Source of the DNA: a bacterium
GTDB taxonomy: Bacteria; UBP15; UBA6099
NCBI GenBank assembly: GCA_029564595.1
Contig: JAKQPS010000051.1
Location: forward strand, 23,348 to 87,347
Length of the DNA stretch: 64,000 nt
Reading direction: 5' to 3'
Within the stretch, counting starts at the first letter, position 1, and each line of letters starts with the position of its first letter. The notes under the pieces were generated by a model. It had not been told where the DNA came from, did no database searches, and saw only the letters and a list, made by a program, of their open reading frames with translations. Both the position numbers and the translations under genes were made by a program. Shown here piece after piece: positions 24,418 through 34,051 of the stretch.

Positions 24418-27400
24418 ATGAGAAAAAACAAGTTGAGAATGTTTCTGATCGCTGTCGCGGCGATGTCCGCGGCATTTTTCCCCGGACATCTTCAGAGCAG
24501 GCAGACGGAAACGCTTTATATCTCGATGCAGGGAGATTTCGAGCCGGGCGAGGAGATGCGGGGCGATTTAAGCGGCAACGTGTCGTCGGCGGAATTTGCT
24601 CTGTACAAAATCGATATTTATGAGGCGCTTGAGAAGAGCGATGGCTCCGGATGGGCCGATAACTCCGAATTGAAGCTCAAAAAGGCCGAACTTGTTCGAA
24701 AATGGACAGTTCAGTTGCGAGGCAGGGGGGAGAGGAACGAGTGGCGGAGCGCGGAAATCAGCATGGACAATCCGGGGCCGGGGGCGTACGCGCTTCAGGC
24801 GACGGGGGGAACGGCCGCGTCGTATAAGTTGCTGATAGTCAGCGATATCGCGATGCTCGTCAGATGGGACGATGAGAAGGCGGTCGTGTTTGTTGCGGAC
24901 AGGCGGACGGGCGCTGGCGCGGCTGGCGCGGCGGTTTCCGCCTTTATCGACGGCAAGTGGATCAGACTCGCGTGCGACAACAATGGAATGACGGAATTTG
25001 AAGCGCCCGGCTCCGGCTCGATCCCGGTTGTGGCGGAAAAGAGCGGCAGTTTCGCAGCGTCGAATTTTTACTCGTACGGAGAATCGCCTTACGAAAAACA
25101 GAAAGTCTATATTTACACCGATAGGCCGGTCTACAGGCCGGGACAGAAGGTGAATATCAAGGGCGTCGCAAGGCTCCGGGACGGCTCGGAATATTCGCTT
25201 CCATCGGCTGGTTCCGTGAGGGTGTTTATCGACGATCCGCGCGGCAACAAGGTGTTCGATGAAGAGGCCGGTCTTTCTGAATTCGGGACGTTCTCGGCGG
25301 CTTATTCCCCGAAAGGCGGCGCTCCGCTGGGCCATTACTCGATAAGAGTTGAGTTCGCGGGCGTTGTTCAATACCACAACTTCTTGGTTGAGGAATACAG
25401 AAAGCCGGAACATGAGATAACTGTTGTCGCCGCGAGGGACAGGATAGTCATGGGAGAGCCTCTCGAATTCTCAATAAAAGCGCATTATTACTTCGGCGAG
25501 CCTGTGAAAAACGCCGAAGTTTCTTACGAGATATACGGGCGGAGGATATGGGAGGCCGGGATATTGAGGGGCGGGGCGGCGGAGTACCAGTGGTACTATG
25601 ACCAAGACCGGGGAGGCTCCCGATGGTGGGGGTATCGAGGCGAACAGGTGGCTTCAGGCGGCGGAACAACGGACGAGAACGGCGCGATGGAGGTAGTGTT
25701 CGCGGACACGAACGCCGAGCAGGACATGGAGTACACTCTCGTCGCGCGGGTGACGGAGGCCGGAAGGAGAGAGGCGCAGGGAGAAGGCTCGGCGCGCGTT
25801 TACAGAGGCGAATACAAGCTGTCTGTCCGCCCCGACCGTTATATGGCGAGGCCCGGAGATAAAGCGAGCGCGCTTGTGGGCGCGACGGACCTTTTCGGCG
25901 CTCCGGTTTCCCGCAAGGTCGATGTGAGGATTGATATAGTGTCATGGGAGGACGGCGCGCGCTCGGTGAAGAATGTTGCGCAAACGCAAGTTGAGACGTC
26001 TTCCGCCACCGGCGAGGCGTCAATTGAATTCACGCCTGACGAACCGGGATACTACGAGATAACCGCGTCCGGAAAGAGCGCGGCGGGGTATGTGTTCTCG
26101 GAGACAGCCGGACTCTACGTGTCCGACAGGGGCGCGCGCTACAGGTGGGGGGCGTCTCGCGATATTGAAATTATCCTCGACAAGGACAGCTATGCGGAAG
26201 GGGAGGAAGTCAACGCGCTGATAATATGGAGCGCGGGGGACGCGGACGCGCTTGCGACGCTAGAGGCGGAAGGCATCATCGACAGCAAGGCGCTGAAGTT
26301 CGAGAACGGCGCGGCGCATTACTCTTTTAAAGTCGGGCCAGAACACAAACCCAATGTTTATCTGACTGTCTCAGCGTTCAGGGACAACAATCTTCTGACG
26401 CAGACGATGAATATCGTGTGCCCGCCCACAGAGAATTTTTTGGATTTAAAAATCATCTCGGACAAGGCCGTCTATAAGCCGGGAGAACTCGCCCGCGTCA
26501 CAGTGGAGGCGCGAGACAGAGACGGAAATCCTGTGTCTGCCGAACTCTCCATTGGAGTTGTGGACGAGTCGATCTACGCGGTCAGGCCGGACGACACGAC
26601 GGACATTCGCGAGTTTTTCTATGGAAGGCGATACTCGAGGGTAGGCATGGCATCGTCCTTGTGGTTCATGGGGGGCGGCCGGGGAATGGTGGCGGACATG
26701 GCGGCTCCGGCGGCGGCTCCCCAAGCGGAGGGGAATCTGGCGTTCGCGGGAAGGGCTAAGAGCGAGAAGTCGGCAGGCGGCGAGTTCGCGCCCGCGCAGA
26801 TTCGCAGTTATTTTCCGGACACCGCGCACTGGGCCGCGCATCTGATAACAGATGAGGAAGGCCGGGCGACGGCCGAGTTCATGATGCCGGACTCGCTCAC
26901 TTCATGGAGAGTGGCCACAAGGGCGGCGACCGCGCAAACGGCGGTCGGCCAAACAACGTCCGACGTCGCGACCCGGAAAAACCTTATGGTTCGCCTCAGG
27001 ACGCCGCGATTCTTCACTCAGGGCGACAAGTTGCGCGTGACTGCGCTGATTGACAACTATCTCGACGCCGACAAGGAAGTCCTCGCGGTTCTGAACGCCA
27101 CTGGTTTGAGGCTGCTGGAAAAGAACGAGAAGACAGTCCGGGTAAAAGCAGTAGGAAACGCGCTCGTGGAATGGAGCGCGGTCGTGGAGACGCCCGGCTC
27201 CGCTTGGGTGACGGCCAAGGCTCTCTCAGACGAGGAATCCGACGCTATGCAGTTGACCATCCCTGTGTTGCCCAGAGGCGCGAGGGGCGGAGAAACGGCG
27301 GCGGGCGAGGCGGGCGCGCGCGCGGCTCTGTCTCTGAAGCTTCCTCAAAACCGCATCGCGGGCACGGAGAGCCTGAAGATAAAACTCGCTCCTTCGTTGA

Positions 27401-28875
27401 CCGGAGGCATGTTCGCCGCGTTTGAGTATCTGGCGGACTATCCTTACGGATGCGTGGAACAGACTATGAGCCGGTTTTTGCCGAACGCGGTTATGGCGGA
27501 GGCTCTTCAGAAGGCCGGAAAGCCTCTTACGGGCAAGCTTAAAGAGCTGCCGGACATGGCGGCGAAGGGCTATGAGCGTCTCGCGGATATGCAGAACGAG
27601 GACGGGAGCTGGGGATGGTGGAAGGGCGACGAGCGGAACGCGATGATAACCGCTTACGTGGTGTTCGGTCTTGCGCGGGCGGCAAGGGCGGATTTTACTC
27701 CGCCGGAAGGAATGCTGCCGAGGGGCGCGGCCGCTCTTGAGAATATGTTCGGGGCGCTGAAAGACCCTGACGAGAAAGCTTACGTCCTGTTTGCTCTGGC
27801 GCAGGCGGGATACGCGGAAGGCGAACGAGGAACCATCCGCATGAATAACGGCATGGACAGGGCGGGCGAAGCTAAAAAACTTTACTCGTCGCGGGAAAAG
27901 CTGACACACTACGGAAAGGCTCTACTGGGGATAGCCTGTTCGGAACTCGGCATGAAAGACGAGGCGAAAAAGATAGCGGGCGAGCTTGCGAAGTCTGCTG
28001 AGGTCACGGCTTCCGCCGCAAGCTGGAAGACGAAAACGGACAGATACAGATGGACGGACAACGCGGTGGAGACTGCGGCGTTCGCCTTGATGGCGATACT
28101 CGAAGCCGACGCGAAAAATCCCGTCGCGTCGAAGGCGGCGAACTTCATAAACATGTCGCGGATGGGCGACGGATGGCGCTCGACAAGAGACACCGCCGCC
28201 GCTCTTCTCGCTCTGACGATGTTCATGGAAAAGCGCGAATCTGGCGCGACGAATTTCAGCTATGTCGTCACCGTGAACGGAGTTGAGGCGGGAAAGGGAG
28301 AAATGACCGCCGCAGACATCGACGGCGAAGGCGTTGTGATCGACGCCACGCGCCTCGCCGCTCCGGGAAACAACAAAATCGTTATCGAAAAGTCGGGCGA
28401 GGGAAATCTTTATTACAACGCGGCTTTGAACTACCACGAGGCGGCGGACTTCCTGAAGTCGAAGGACAACGGCATCAAAGTGGAAAGATGGTATTCTTGG
28501 GACGCCGAAGGAAAGAAAAAACTCGGAGCCTCGACAAGATTGAGAACCGGGGATCGGATATGGTCGCACGTCAGAATCCGGCCCCGCGCGGCTTTCGACT
28601 ATGTGATGGTGGAGAACTACCTTCCCAGCGGTTTCGAAGTGGACAGGGACGAACGCGGATTTCCCGGCTATTATTACTGGACCAACCGGGAGATTAGAGA
28701 CGACCGCGTCGTGGCGTTTCTGACGCGAATGTGGGACAGGGAATATGTCATGAGCGTGTCGATGCGGGCGGAGACTCCGGGCGAGGTGACGGCGATGCCT
28801 TGCGCCGCCGAACTAATGTACTTTCCGGAAGTTAACGGCAGGTCGTCGGAAGCCAAGTTTATCATTGAGGAATAG
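24418..28875 (+). CDS. bacterial alpha-2-macroglobulin family protein with intact thioester (CVEQ)
   Basis: 1485 aa with a signal peptide and MG-domain-like repeats. The thioester motif YPYGCVEQTM has CVEQ at nt 27451-27462. Confidence 0.9.
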   Translation: MRKNKLRMFLIAVAAMSAAFFPGHLQSRQTETLYISMQGDFEPGEEMRGDLSGNVSSAEFALYKIDIYEALEKSDGSGWADNSELKLKKAELVRKWTVQLRGRGERNEWRSAEISMDNPGPGAYALQATGGTAASYKLLIVSDIAMLVRWDDEKAVVFVADRRTGAGAAGAAVSAFIDGKWIRLACDNNGMTEFEAPGSGSIPVVAEKSGSFAASNFYSYGESPYEKQKVYIYTDRPVYRPGQKVNIKGVARLRDGSEYSLPSAGSVRVFIDDPRGNKVFDEEAGLSEFGTFSAAYSPKGGAPLGHYSIRVEFAGVVQYHNFLVEEYRKPEHEITVVAARDRIVMGEPLEFSIKAHYYFGEPVKNAEVSYEIYGRRIWEAGILRGGAAEYQWYYDQDRGGSRWWGYRGEQVASGGGTTDENGAMEVVFADTNAEQDMEYTLVARVTEAGRREAQGEGSARVYRGEYKLSVRPDRYMARPGDKASALVGATDLFGAPVSRKVDVRIDIVSWEDGARSVKNVAQTQVETSSATGEASIEFTPDEPGYYEITASGKSAAGYVFSETAGLYVSDRGARYRWGASRDIEIILDKDSYAEGEEVNALIIWSAGDADALATLEAEGIIDSKALKFENGAAHYSFKVGPEHKPNVYLTVSAFRDNNLLTQTMNIVCPPTENFLDLKIISDKAVYKPGELARVTVEARDRDGNPVSAELSIGVVDESIYAVRPDDTTDIREFFYGRRYSRVGMASSLWFMGGGRGMVADMAAPAAAPQAEGNLAFAGRAKSEKSAGGEFAPAQIRSYFPDTAHWAAHLITDEEGRATAEFMMPDSLTSWRVATRAATAQTAVGQTTSDVATRKNLMVRLRTPRFFTQGDKLRVTALIDNYLDADKEVLAVLNATGLRLLEKNEKTVRVKAVGNALVEWSAVVETPGSAWVTAKALSDEESDAMQLTIPVLPRGARGGETAAGEAGARAALSLKLPQNRIAGTESLKIKLAPSLTGGMFAAFEYLADYPYGCVEQTMSRFLPNAVMAEALQKAGKPLTGKLKELPDMAAKGYERLADMQNEDGSWGWWKGDERNAMITAYVVFGLARAARADFTPPEGMLPRGAAALENMFGALKDPDEKAYVLFALAQAGYAEGERGTIRMNNGMDRAGEAKKLYSSREKLTHYGKALLGIACSELGMKDEAKKIAGELAKSAEVTASAASWKTKTDRYRWTDNAVETAAFALMAILEADAKNPVASKAANFINMSRMGDGWRSTRDTAAALLALTMFMEKRESGATNFSYVVTVNGVEAGKGEMTAADIDGEGVVIDATRLAAPGNNKIVIEKSGEGNLYYNAALNYHEAADFLKSKDNGIKVERWYSWDAEGKKKLGASTRLRTGDRIWSHVRIRPRAAFDYVMVENYLPSGFEVDRDERGFPGYYYWTNREIRDDRVVAFLTRMWDREYVMSVSMRAETPGEVTAMPCAAELMYFPEVNGRSSEAKFIIEE

Positions 28876-28885
28876 CAGGCAATAA

Positions 28886-29803
28886 ATGAACGCGCGCAAT
28901 GCGGGACAGGCTTTGATTCTCAACATCCGGAGGAACTCGCTCGACGACGGGCCGGGCATACGCACGACGGTGTTTTTCAAGGGCTGCCCGCTGAACTGTA
29001 TTTGGTGTCACAACCCGGAGAGCAAAAAGGCGAAACCGGAGCTTTCTTATGACGCTGCCGTCTGCGTGGGTTGCGGAACCTGCGCGTGGGGGTGTCCCGA
29101 ATCGGCGATAAGCGAAAACAATCCTTATTTCGTCGACCGCGAAAAATGTTCGCTGTGTTTCAAGTGCGCGGAGGCATGTCCGTCACGCGCCCTGAAAAGA
29201 ATGGGAACTCCGATGACTGTGGCCGAAGTCGTGGAGTCGGCGCTGAAAGACGCCGCTTTCTACCGTTCATCCGGTGGCGGAGTCACACTGTCGGGCGGCG
29301 AGCCGACGGCGTATATGGAGTTCTGCTCCGAATTGATGAGCGAGCTTTGCAGCGCGGGCGTCGACACTCTTGTCGAGACTTGCGGCCTGTTCGACTTCGA
29401 CCGTTTTTCTTTGCTCATCCTGCCTTACGCATCCCGGATATTCATTGATATCAAGTTGATGGACTCGGCGCGGCATAAGGAGATGTGCGGCGCGGACAAC
29501 AGAGTTATACTGAGCAACGCGAGGCGTCTTATTGAGGCTTCGGCGCAAGGCGGGCCGGAAATTCTGCCAAGGATTCCCCTTATTCCGGGCGCGACTGACA
29601 CGGATGAAAATCTGGCGGCCTCCGCCGCATTTCTGATGGACTGCGGCGCGACGCGTGTTTCTCTTCTGTCTTACAATCCCACATGGACGGACAAGATGAG
29701 AATGCTGGGCGAAGAAACAAAGTTCGCCGCCTCTTCATGGACTTCCGCCGAGAAGATGGAAAGCTGCCGCGCATTCTTCAAAGACTTTGAAATCGTCCGC
29801 TGA
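28886..29803 (+). CDS. glycyl-radical enzyme activating protein (radical SAM with two ferredoxin-type clusters)
   Basis: GPGIRTTVFFKGCPLNCIWCHNPE (CX3CX2C) plus CVGCGTCAWGCP and CSLCFKCAEACP. It starts 10 nt after the A2M stop. Confidence 0.85.
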   Translation: MNARNAGQALILNIRRNSLDDGPGIRTTVFFKGCPLNCIWCHNPESKKAKPELSYDAAVCVGCGTCAWGCPESAISENNPYFVDREKCSLCFKCAEACPSRALKRMGTPMTVAEVVESALKDAAFYRSSGGGVTLSGGEPTAYMEFCSELMSELCSAGVDTLVETCGLFDFDRFSLLILPYASRIFIDIKLMDSARHKEMCGADNRVILSNARRLIEASAQGGPEILPRIPLIPGATDTDENLAASAAFLMDCGATRVSLLSYNPTWTDKMRMLGEETKFAASSWTSAEKMESCRAFFKDFEIVR

Positions 29804-29860
29804 CGGCAGAAAAAAGCAAACAACCGAAAAACTGAAAAAACGATATGCGTGGCGATGGCA

Positions 29861-30415
29861 TTAACCGCGCTGGAAGCAGTTCCAGAAGCGGTTTTTCTTA
29901 ATCGCTCGGATTATGGAGTCTTTCGAGCGGCGGCAGTCGAGTTCGATCCATGCGCGGCCGCAGCCGATTCGAGTGTGAGAGTCGTCGGACGCGATCCTCG
30001 GCAATCCCAGTTCATCAGTGTTGAACTCATTGTCCGGAAACCCCTTGGTCGTGAATTCCACCGCGTCGAGCGGGTATTTCAGGGCGACAGCCGCGACGCG
30101 CTCTTTCGCCTGTTCTAGGGTCAGGTCATACTCTCCGATGTGATTGAGAATATGAAGCGTCTCTTCTTCGCCCCATATTTTGTTCACGTGCACGTAGCCT
30201 TTCTCGAAGACAGTCAACTCGACGCCTTTGAATATGATGAGGTCGGATTTGACTGACGCGTAAGTGTCGTCGCTGGAGGACTTCAGCAGATAGTCGTGGT
30301 CGGTGAAAGCGATGAAGTCATAGCCAAGTTCAGAGTATATATCGGCGGCTTCCTGAGGAGAGAGTTTTCCGTCGGAGCAGGTGGTATGGACATGGAGACA
30401 GCCTTTGAGAAGCAT
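29861..30415 (-). CDS. PHP-domain (polymerase/histidinol-phosphatase-like) metal-dependent phosphoesterase
   Basis: LHVHTTCSDGKLSP and AFTDHD motifs. 184 aa. Confidence 0.7.
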   Translation of the reverse strand: MLLKGCLHVHTTCSDGKLSPQEAADIYSELGYDFIAFTDHDYLLKSSSDDTYASVKSDLIIFKGVELTVFEKGYVHVNKIWGEEETLHILNHIGEYDLTLEQAKERVAAVALKYPLDAVEFTTKGFPDNEFNTDELGLPRIASDDSHTRIGCGRAWIELDCRRSKDSIIRAIKKNRFWNCFQRG

Positions 30416-30491
30416 GGGAAGGGGCGAGCGGCCTCCCGAACCGCGACAACGCGCATAATAACAGAGGCGGGACTAAAAGGCAAATGAAGCG

Positions 30492-33038
30492 TCAGCCTCT
30501 AGCGGAGAGATATTTTGCGTCTGACACAGCGCGGTTGACGCTGAGGGCGTGGAAGAACAAACACTGCGCGGCGGCGGGAGCCAGCCACAGCGGGTCAGTG
30601 AACGCGAACCCTGAGAAGTGGGCGGCGCAAACAAGACCGAGAGCGGCTGCGGCCCCGAAATATTGCAGCGCGTGTATATTCTGTCCGTTGTAAAGCTGTC
30701 CGAGTCCCGGCATAAGAACAGAAAGGACGCCGGCCAGCGCGGGTTTTTTGAACACTACGCCGCACTGTTGGCACGACGTCGAATCAGGCGGCACGGGCTG
30801 GCAGCAATTCGGGCAGAGCGGGCGAATCGTGCGTTGGGGCGCTGTCTTGGGCAGCGCGTTTAATCTGTTCACAAGCCAATCCATGCGGGCGGCGAACGCC
30901 GCCGCTCCCCAATAATGCGGAGTCAGAACCCTGACGGGGCCTCCGGCAACCGGTTGCAGGTCGAACGTCCAGTACGATTGTAGAAACGGCGAGCGCAGTT
31001 CCGCGCCTTGGAAGTCCCTAAGCGGTCTGGCCCTGACCAGAGGCGATTTAGCAAACAGTCCGCCTTTTCCTCCGGCGTCTATCCACACCAGCCTGTATTC
31101 GGTGAGCAGAAGCAGCCCTTGCCTGCGGCTCGGCATTCTGCACAGAAGCGCGTCCACCAGCTTTTCTTTCGGCGACACACTCTGCGATATTTCAGGCCCC
31201 AGCAACCTGAAAAGCTGGTCTCTGTGGCGCAGGTGTTTCTGTTCTGAAAGGCCTTCGGCCGACCATTTTTTCGTCAGGATGAATGAAACGATAAACCCTG
31301 ACCATACCAGCAGAGCCGCGACGGCAGCCGGGATGTAAAGTGCGAGATGGGGGGTGGATGTCCTTATCAATATTAGGCGGATGATAAACGAGATAATGAT
31401 TGCTACGGGCACGACTGCGGCTGTTATCGCGTCAGACAGAGTCCCGCGCCACTGCCGGGATGGAGAGACATTTTCCGGCCCCGGGATGTGGAATATGATT
31501 TCGGTGCTGAAAGACTGCGCGCGGCGGCGGGTGTACCTGTGTTCCGCGTCCTGCCCCAGCCATGCGGCTCTCTGCTTTGAGCCGACAAGCGACATAAGCC
31601 CGGCAAGGCCCGCGATACCCAGCATCGTGAACGCGCTCCCGCAGTATCTCAGGACAGTGTTAATTGCCGACGAACGTTTCATCCCCGCCACAAGATCCGA
31701 AATCTCCTGATAGTGGACATCGACGAAGAACCCCGATTCCGGGTCCCACTCCCCGGCGATATAAGCGTCTGGGTCAACGATTGTCAACAGGCCATCGGGG
31801 GTTGCGGTTATTGAGCGAGGGTTTACGCGCTGTCCGCTCCTAGTGGCGATTTCAGACGACGAGATTGTGTTTCCGTTAAAATCCATCGTTATGATTATCC
31901 CGGGGCGTTTGCCGGACGCGCTGAGCATCGACACGTATACTAGGCCCCGCTTCGCGTCCACCGCCAGACTATCTGGAAAAAATCTCGCTCCCAGAGAAAT
32001 CTCATGTCCGGGATGGTTCACCGCGACCTTCTCCGTCCGATTGTCGCCGGGTATGACCGCGTTGTGCGGGAAGTTCCATGTTTCGACGAATTTATACTCC
32101 CGGTCGAGAACCTGTATTCGCAGATTCAGCGTGTCGGCAACTAGGAGATACCCGTCGGGCAGTTCGGCGACGCCGCCCGGCGATCTTAAATCGGCGAAAC
32201 CGGAGCCGTATCCTCCTGCAGAAGCCACAAGCTTGCGCGACATATCTATAACATCCACGCGGTTGTCATCCCGGATAGATATAGCCACATTTCCGTCGCT
32301 GAGAGCGGAGAACCTGTAGTCTCGTCCGAGTTTGCCGAGGCCGAACTGGTCTAGCCATTTTCCGCTCTGCTCCAGAAGATCCACCGTGCCTCTGAACGGA
32401 TTTGCAATCCAGATATTTCCGTTCGGGGCGATGTCGAAAAAAACCATCCCTCGAAGCATCCAGCTTCCAGATTCTTTTTTGACCCAGCTTGAGCGGCCCG
32501 ACGTGTCGAACCGGCATAGCTTTCTGGTGGTTGAAAAATAGAAGCTGTCGCGTGTTATAGTGTATTGAACAGGTCTTTCCAGCCTCGGTCGGCGTATGGC
32601 GGAGACCGCTAGAAAGACCAGTCCTGCCGTCGCCACCGCCACGGCCGCTATGAAAAGATTCCAATATTTGCTTCTTACCTCCGCCGCAAAGTTGGCGCGA
32701 GGCGGTTCGGCAGGCTCTACTCTAGGCAGGTCCGCCGCGGCAACTTCTTCGACCGTGCCGCCTTCCGTCACCACTGCCCGGAAAGTGTCAGCAAGAACCG
32801 GCGTAGTGTCGCCGGACTTGTCCCGGAGCGCTATTTTTCTTCGAGCCTCCTCGCTTCTGTTGACCCGTTGCGCAGGCTCAGACGACGAGTCCGGCGGGGT
32901 AGTCCGGGCGGTTTGCGGAGAGGGCGGAGACTTAAGCGAGGCCGCCTCGCGCGCCTCGCCGGGCATCTTTGCCCCGCACCCGTTGCAGAACTTCGCTCCG
33001 GTCTTCAATTCTTTTCCGCATTCAGGACAAGTCGTCAT
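30492..33038 (-). CDS. zinc-ribbon / TM / NHL-like beta-propeller / multi-TM / PH-like / second zinc-ribbon membrane protein (paralog of 2320-4011)
   Basis: N-terminal CPECG-x11-CNGCG, then a TM. LERPVQYTITRDSFYFST...NGNIWIANPFRGTVDLLEQSG...ELPDGYLLVADTLNLRIQVLD aligns with the 563-aa paralog. The extra C-terminal part has 3 TMs, LLLLTEYRLVWID (PH-like), CPNCC-x12-CQQCG and MPGLGQLYNGQ. Confidence 0.75.
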   Translation of the reverse strand: MTTCPECGKELKTGAKFCNGCGAKMPGEAREAASLKSPPSPQTARTTPPDSSSEPAQRVNRSEEARRKIALRDKSGDTTPVLADTFRAVVTEGGTVEEVAAADLPRVEPAEPPRANFAAEVRSKYWNLFIAAVAVATAGLVFLAVSAIRRPRLERPVQYTITRDSFYFSTTRKLCRFDTSGRSSWVKKESGSWMLRGMVFFDIAPNGNIWIANPFRGTVDLLEQSGKWLDQFGLGKLGRDYRFSALSDGNVAISIRDDNRVDVIDMSRKLVASAGGYGSGFADLRSPGGVAELPDGYLLVADTLNLRIQVLDREYKFVETWNFPHNAVIPGDNRTEKVAVNHPGHEISLGARFFPDSLAVDAKRGLVYVSMLSASGKRPGIIITMDFNGNTISSSEIATRSGQRVNPRSITATPDGLLTIVDPDAYIAGEWDPESGFFVDVHYQEISDLVAGMKRSSAINTVLRYCGSAFTMLGIAGLAGLMSLVGSKQRAAWLGQDAEHRYTRRRAQSFSTEIIFHIPGPENVSPSRQWRGTLSDAITAAVVPVAIIISFIIRLILIRTSTPHLALYIPAAVAALLVWSGFIVSFILTKKWSAEGLSEQKHLRHRDQLFRLLGPEISQSVSPKEKLVDALLCRMPSRRQGLLLLTEYRLVWIDAGGKGGLFAKSPLVRARPLRDFQGAELRSPFLQSYWTFDLQPVAGGPVRVLTPHYWGAAAFAARMDWLVNRLNALPKTAPQRTIRPLCPNCCQPVPPDSTSCQQCGVVFKKPALAGVLSVLMPGLGQLYNGQNIHALQYFGAAAALGLVCAAHFSGFAFTDPLWLAPAAAQCLFFHALSVNRAVSDAKYLSARG

Positions 33039-33059
33039 ATTATCCGAAAAGCCGCGCCG

Positions 33060-33929
33060 TCACGCTTTTAGGGAGGCTTCAAGAGCCTCGATCACGCGCC
33101 GCGTCTGCTCTTTCTTCGCTTTCTTAATGCCTTCGGCGTCGAACACCTTCGCGCCTGTCACGATTATGAAGTCAGTTACCGTCACATCCTGATCAAGTCC
33201 GAGCTGTTTGCCTACCGCCCGCATTATGATGTCGCCTATCAGCAACCCGGCGAAAGCGCGGCGCATCAGGGCGACGAAGCCGAGTTTGTTCATCGCGAAG
33301 CGGGCAAGTTCCAGAAGGGAGTCGCCCGTTTTCGCGTTGCTCTCAGCCGCGCGGGCCAGCGACAGCGCGTCCGTCAGTATCTTTTCCATATCGGCGTCCG
33401 ACAGTCTCTCGCAGAACGCCGCCGCCGCCGCGCTCCCAAGCTCGACGACAGCCTCGATAAGCTCGTCGTCCGTGTAGTCCGGCCCGTCGTAAGCCTTCTC
33501 TTCCAGCCGCTCCAGAATCCCGCCGTCGCCCGTGATTTTTTCGAGAGCGTCAGCGTCCATGTTTATCCAGCTTCCGACCAGCTCAGCCGCAAGCATCTCC
33601 GCGAGCGCCTCTTTCTGGTTTTTGCCGACAATCTTCTCCCGTATCAGCTTCATCGACTGCTTAAGAGTTTCATCGCTTACTTCGCGCTCATAGTCGATGT
33701 CGAAAACGCCGAGAAGGAACTTCTTTATCCTGCGCTCCATTTTCTTTCTGTCTTCTGAGCCATCTGCGATGTCGTAAAAAGTGTTGGACACAAGATCGAG
33801 AAGCTCTGAGAATTCCTTTTTCGGGGCCACCCCGTCAAGAAGAGCCTCCCGCAGAGGCTCGGTGAATTCCTGCGAAAGCTTTTCGGCCAGAATGGCTAGT
33901 TTCCTGCTTTTAGACGACGAATCGGACAT
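33060..33929 (-). CDS. acidic hypothetical protein (~290 aa)
   Basis: The ORF ends 21 nt upstream of the 848-aa receptor-like gene. GGAGG lies 12 nt before ATG 33929; ATG 33974 is the alternative start. No recognisable motifs. Confidence 0.6.
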   Translation of the reverse strand: MSDSSSKSRKLAILAEKLSQEFTEPLREALLDGVAPKKEFSELLDLVSNTFYDIADGSEDRKKMERRIKKFLLGVFDIDYEREVSDETLKQSMKLIREKIVGKNQKEALAEMLAAELVGSWINMDADALEKITGDGGILERLEEKAYDGPDYTDDELIEAVVELGSAAAAAFCERLSDADMEKILTDALSLARAAESNAKTGDSLLELARFAMNKLGFVALMRRAFAGLLIGDIIMRAVGKQLGLDQDVTVTDFIIVTGAKVFDAEGIKKAKKEQTRRVIEALEASLKA

Positions 33930-34051
33930 ATCAGGTTCGAACCTCCACGAGAGCGCCGGAATGCGCAGGCGCATATTTCAAATCACAATTATACAGCATC
34001 AAGGCTGACGGTCGATAGACGGTGTTAAGCAAAGAACTAAACGAGCAAGTA

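Noticed and set aside
33934-33943. GGTTCGAACC, a tRNA T-arm-like string
   Set aside because: No acceptor, D or anticodon arms can be drawn from the surrounding sequence. It lies in the leader or 5' end of the 33060-33929 gene.
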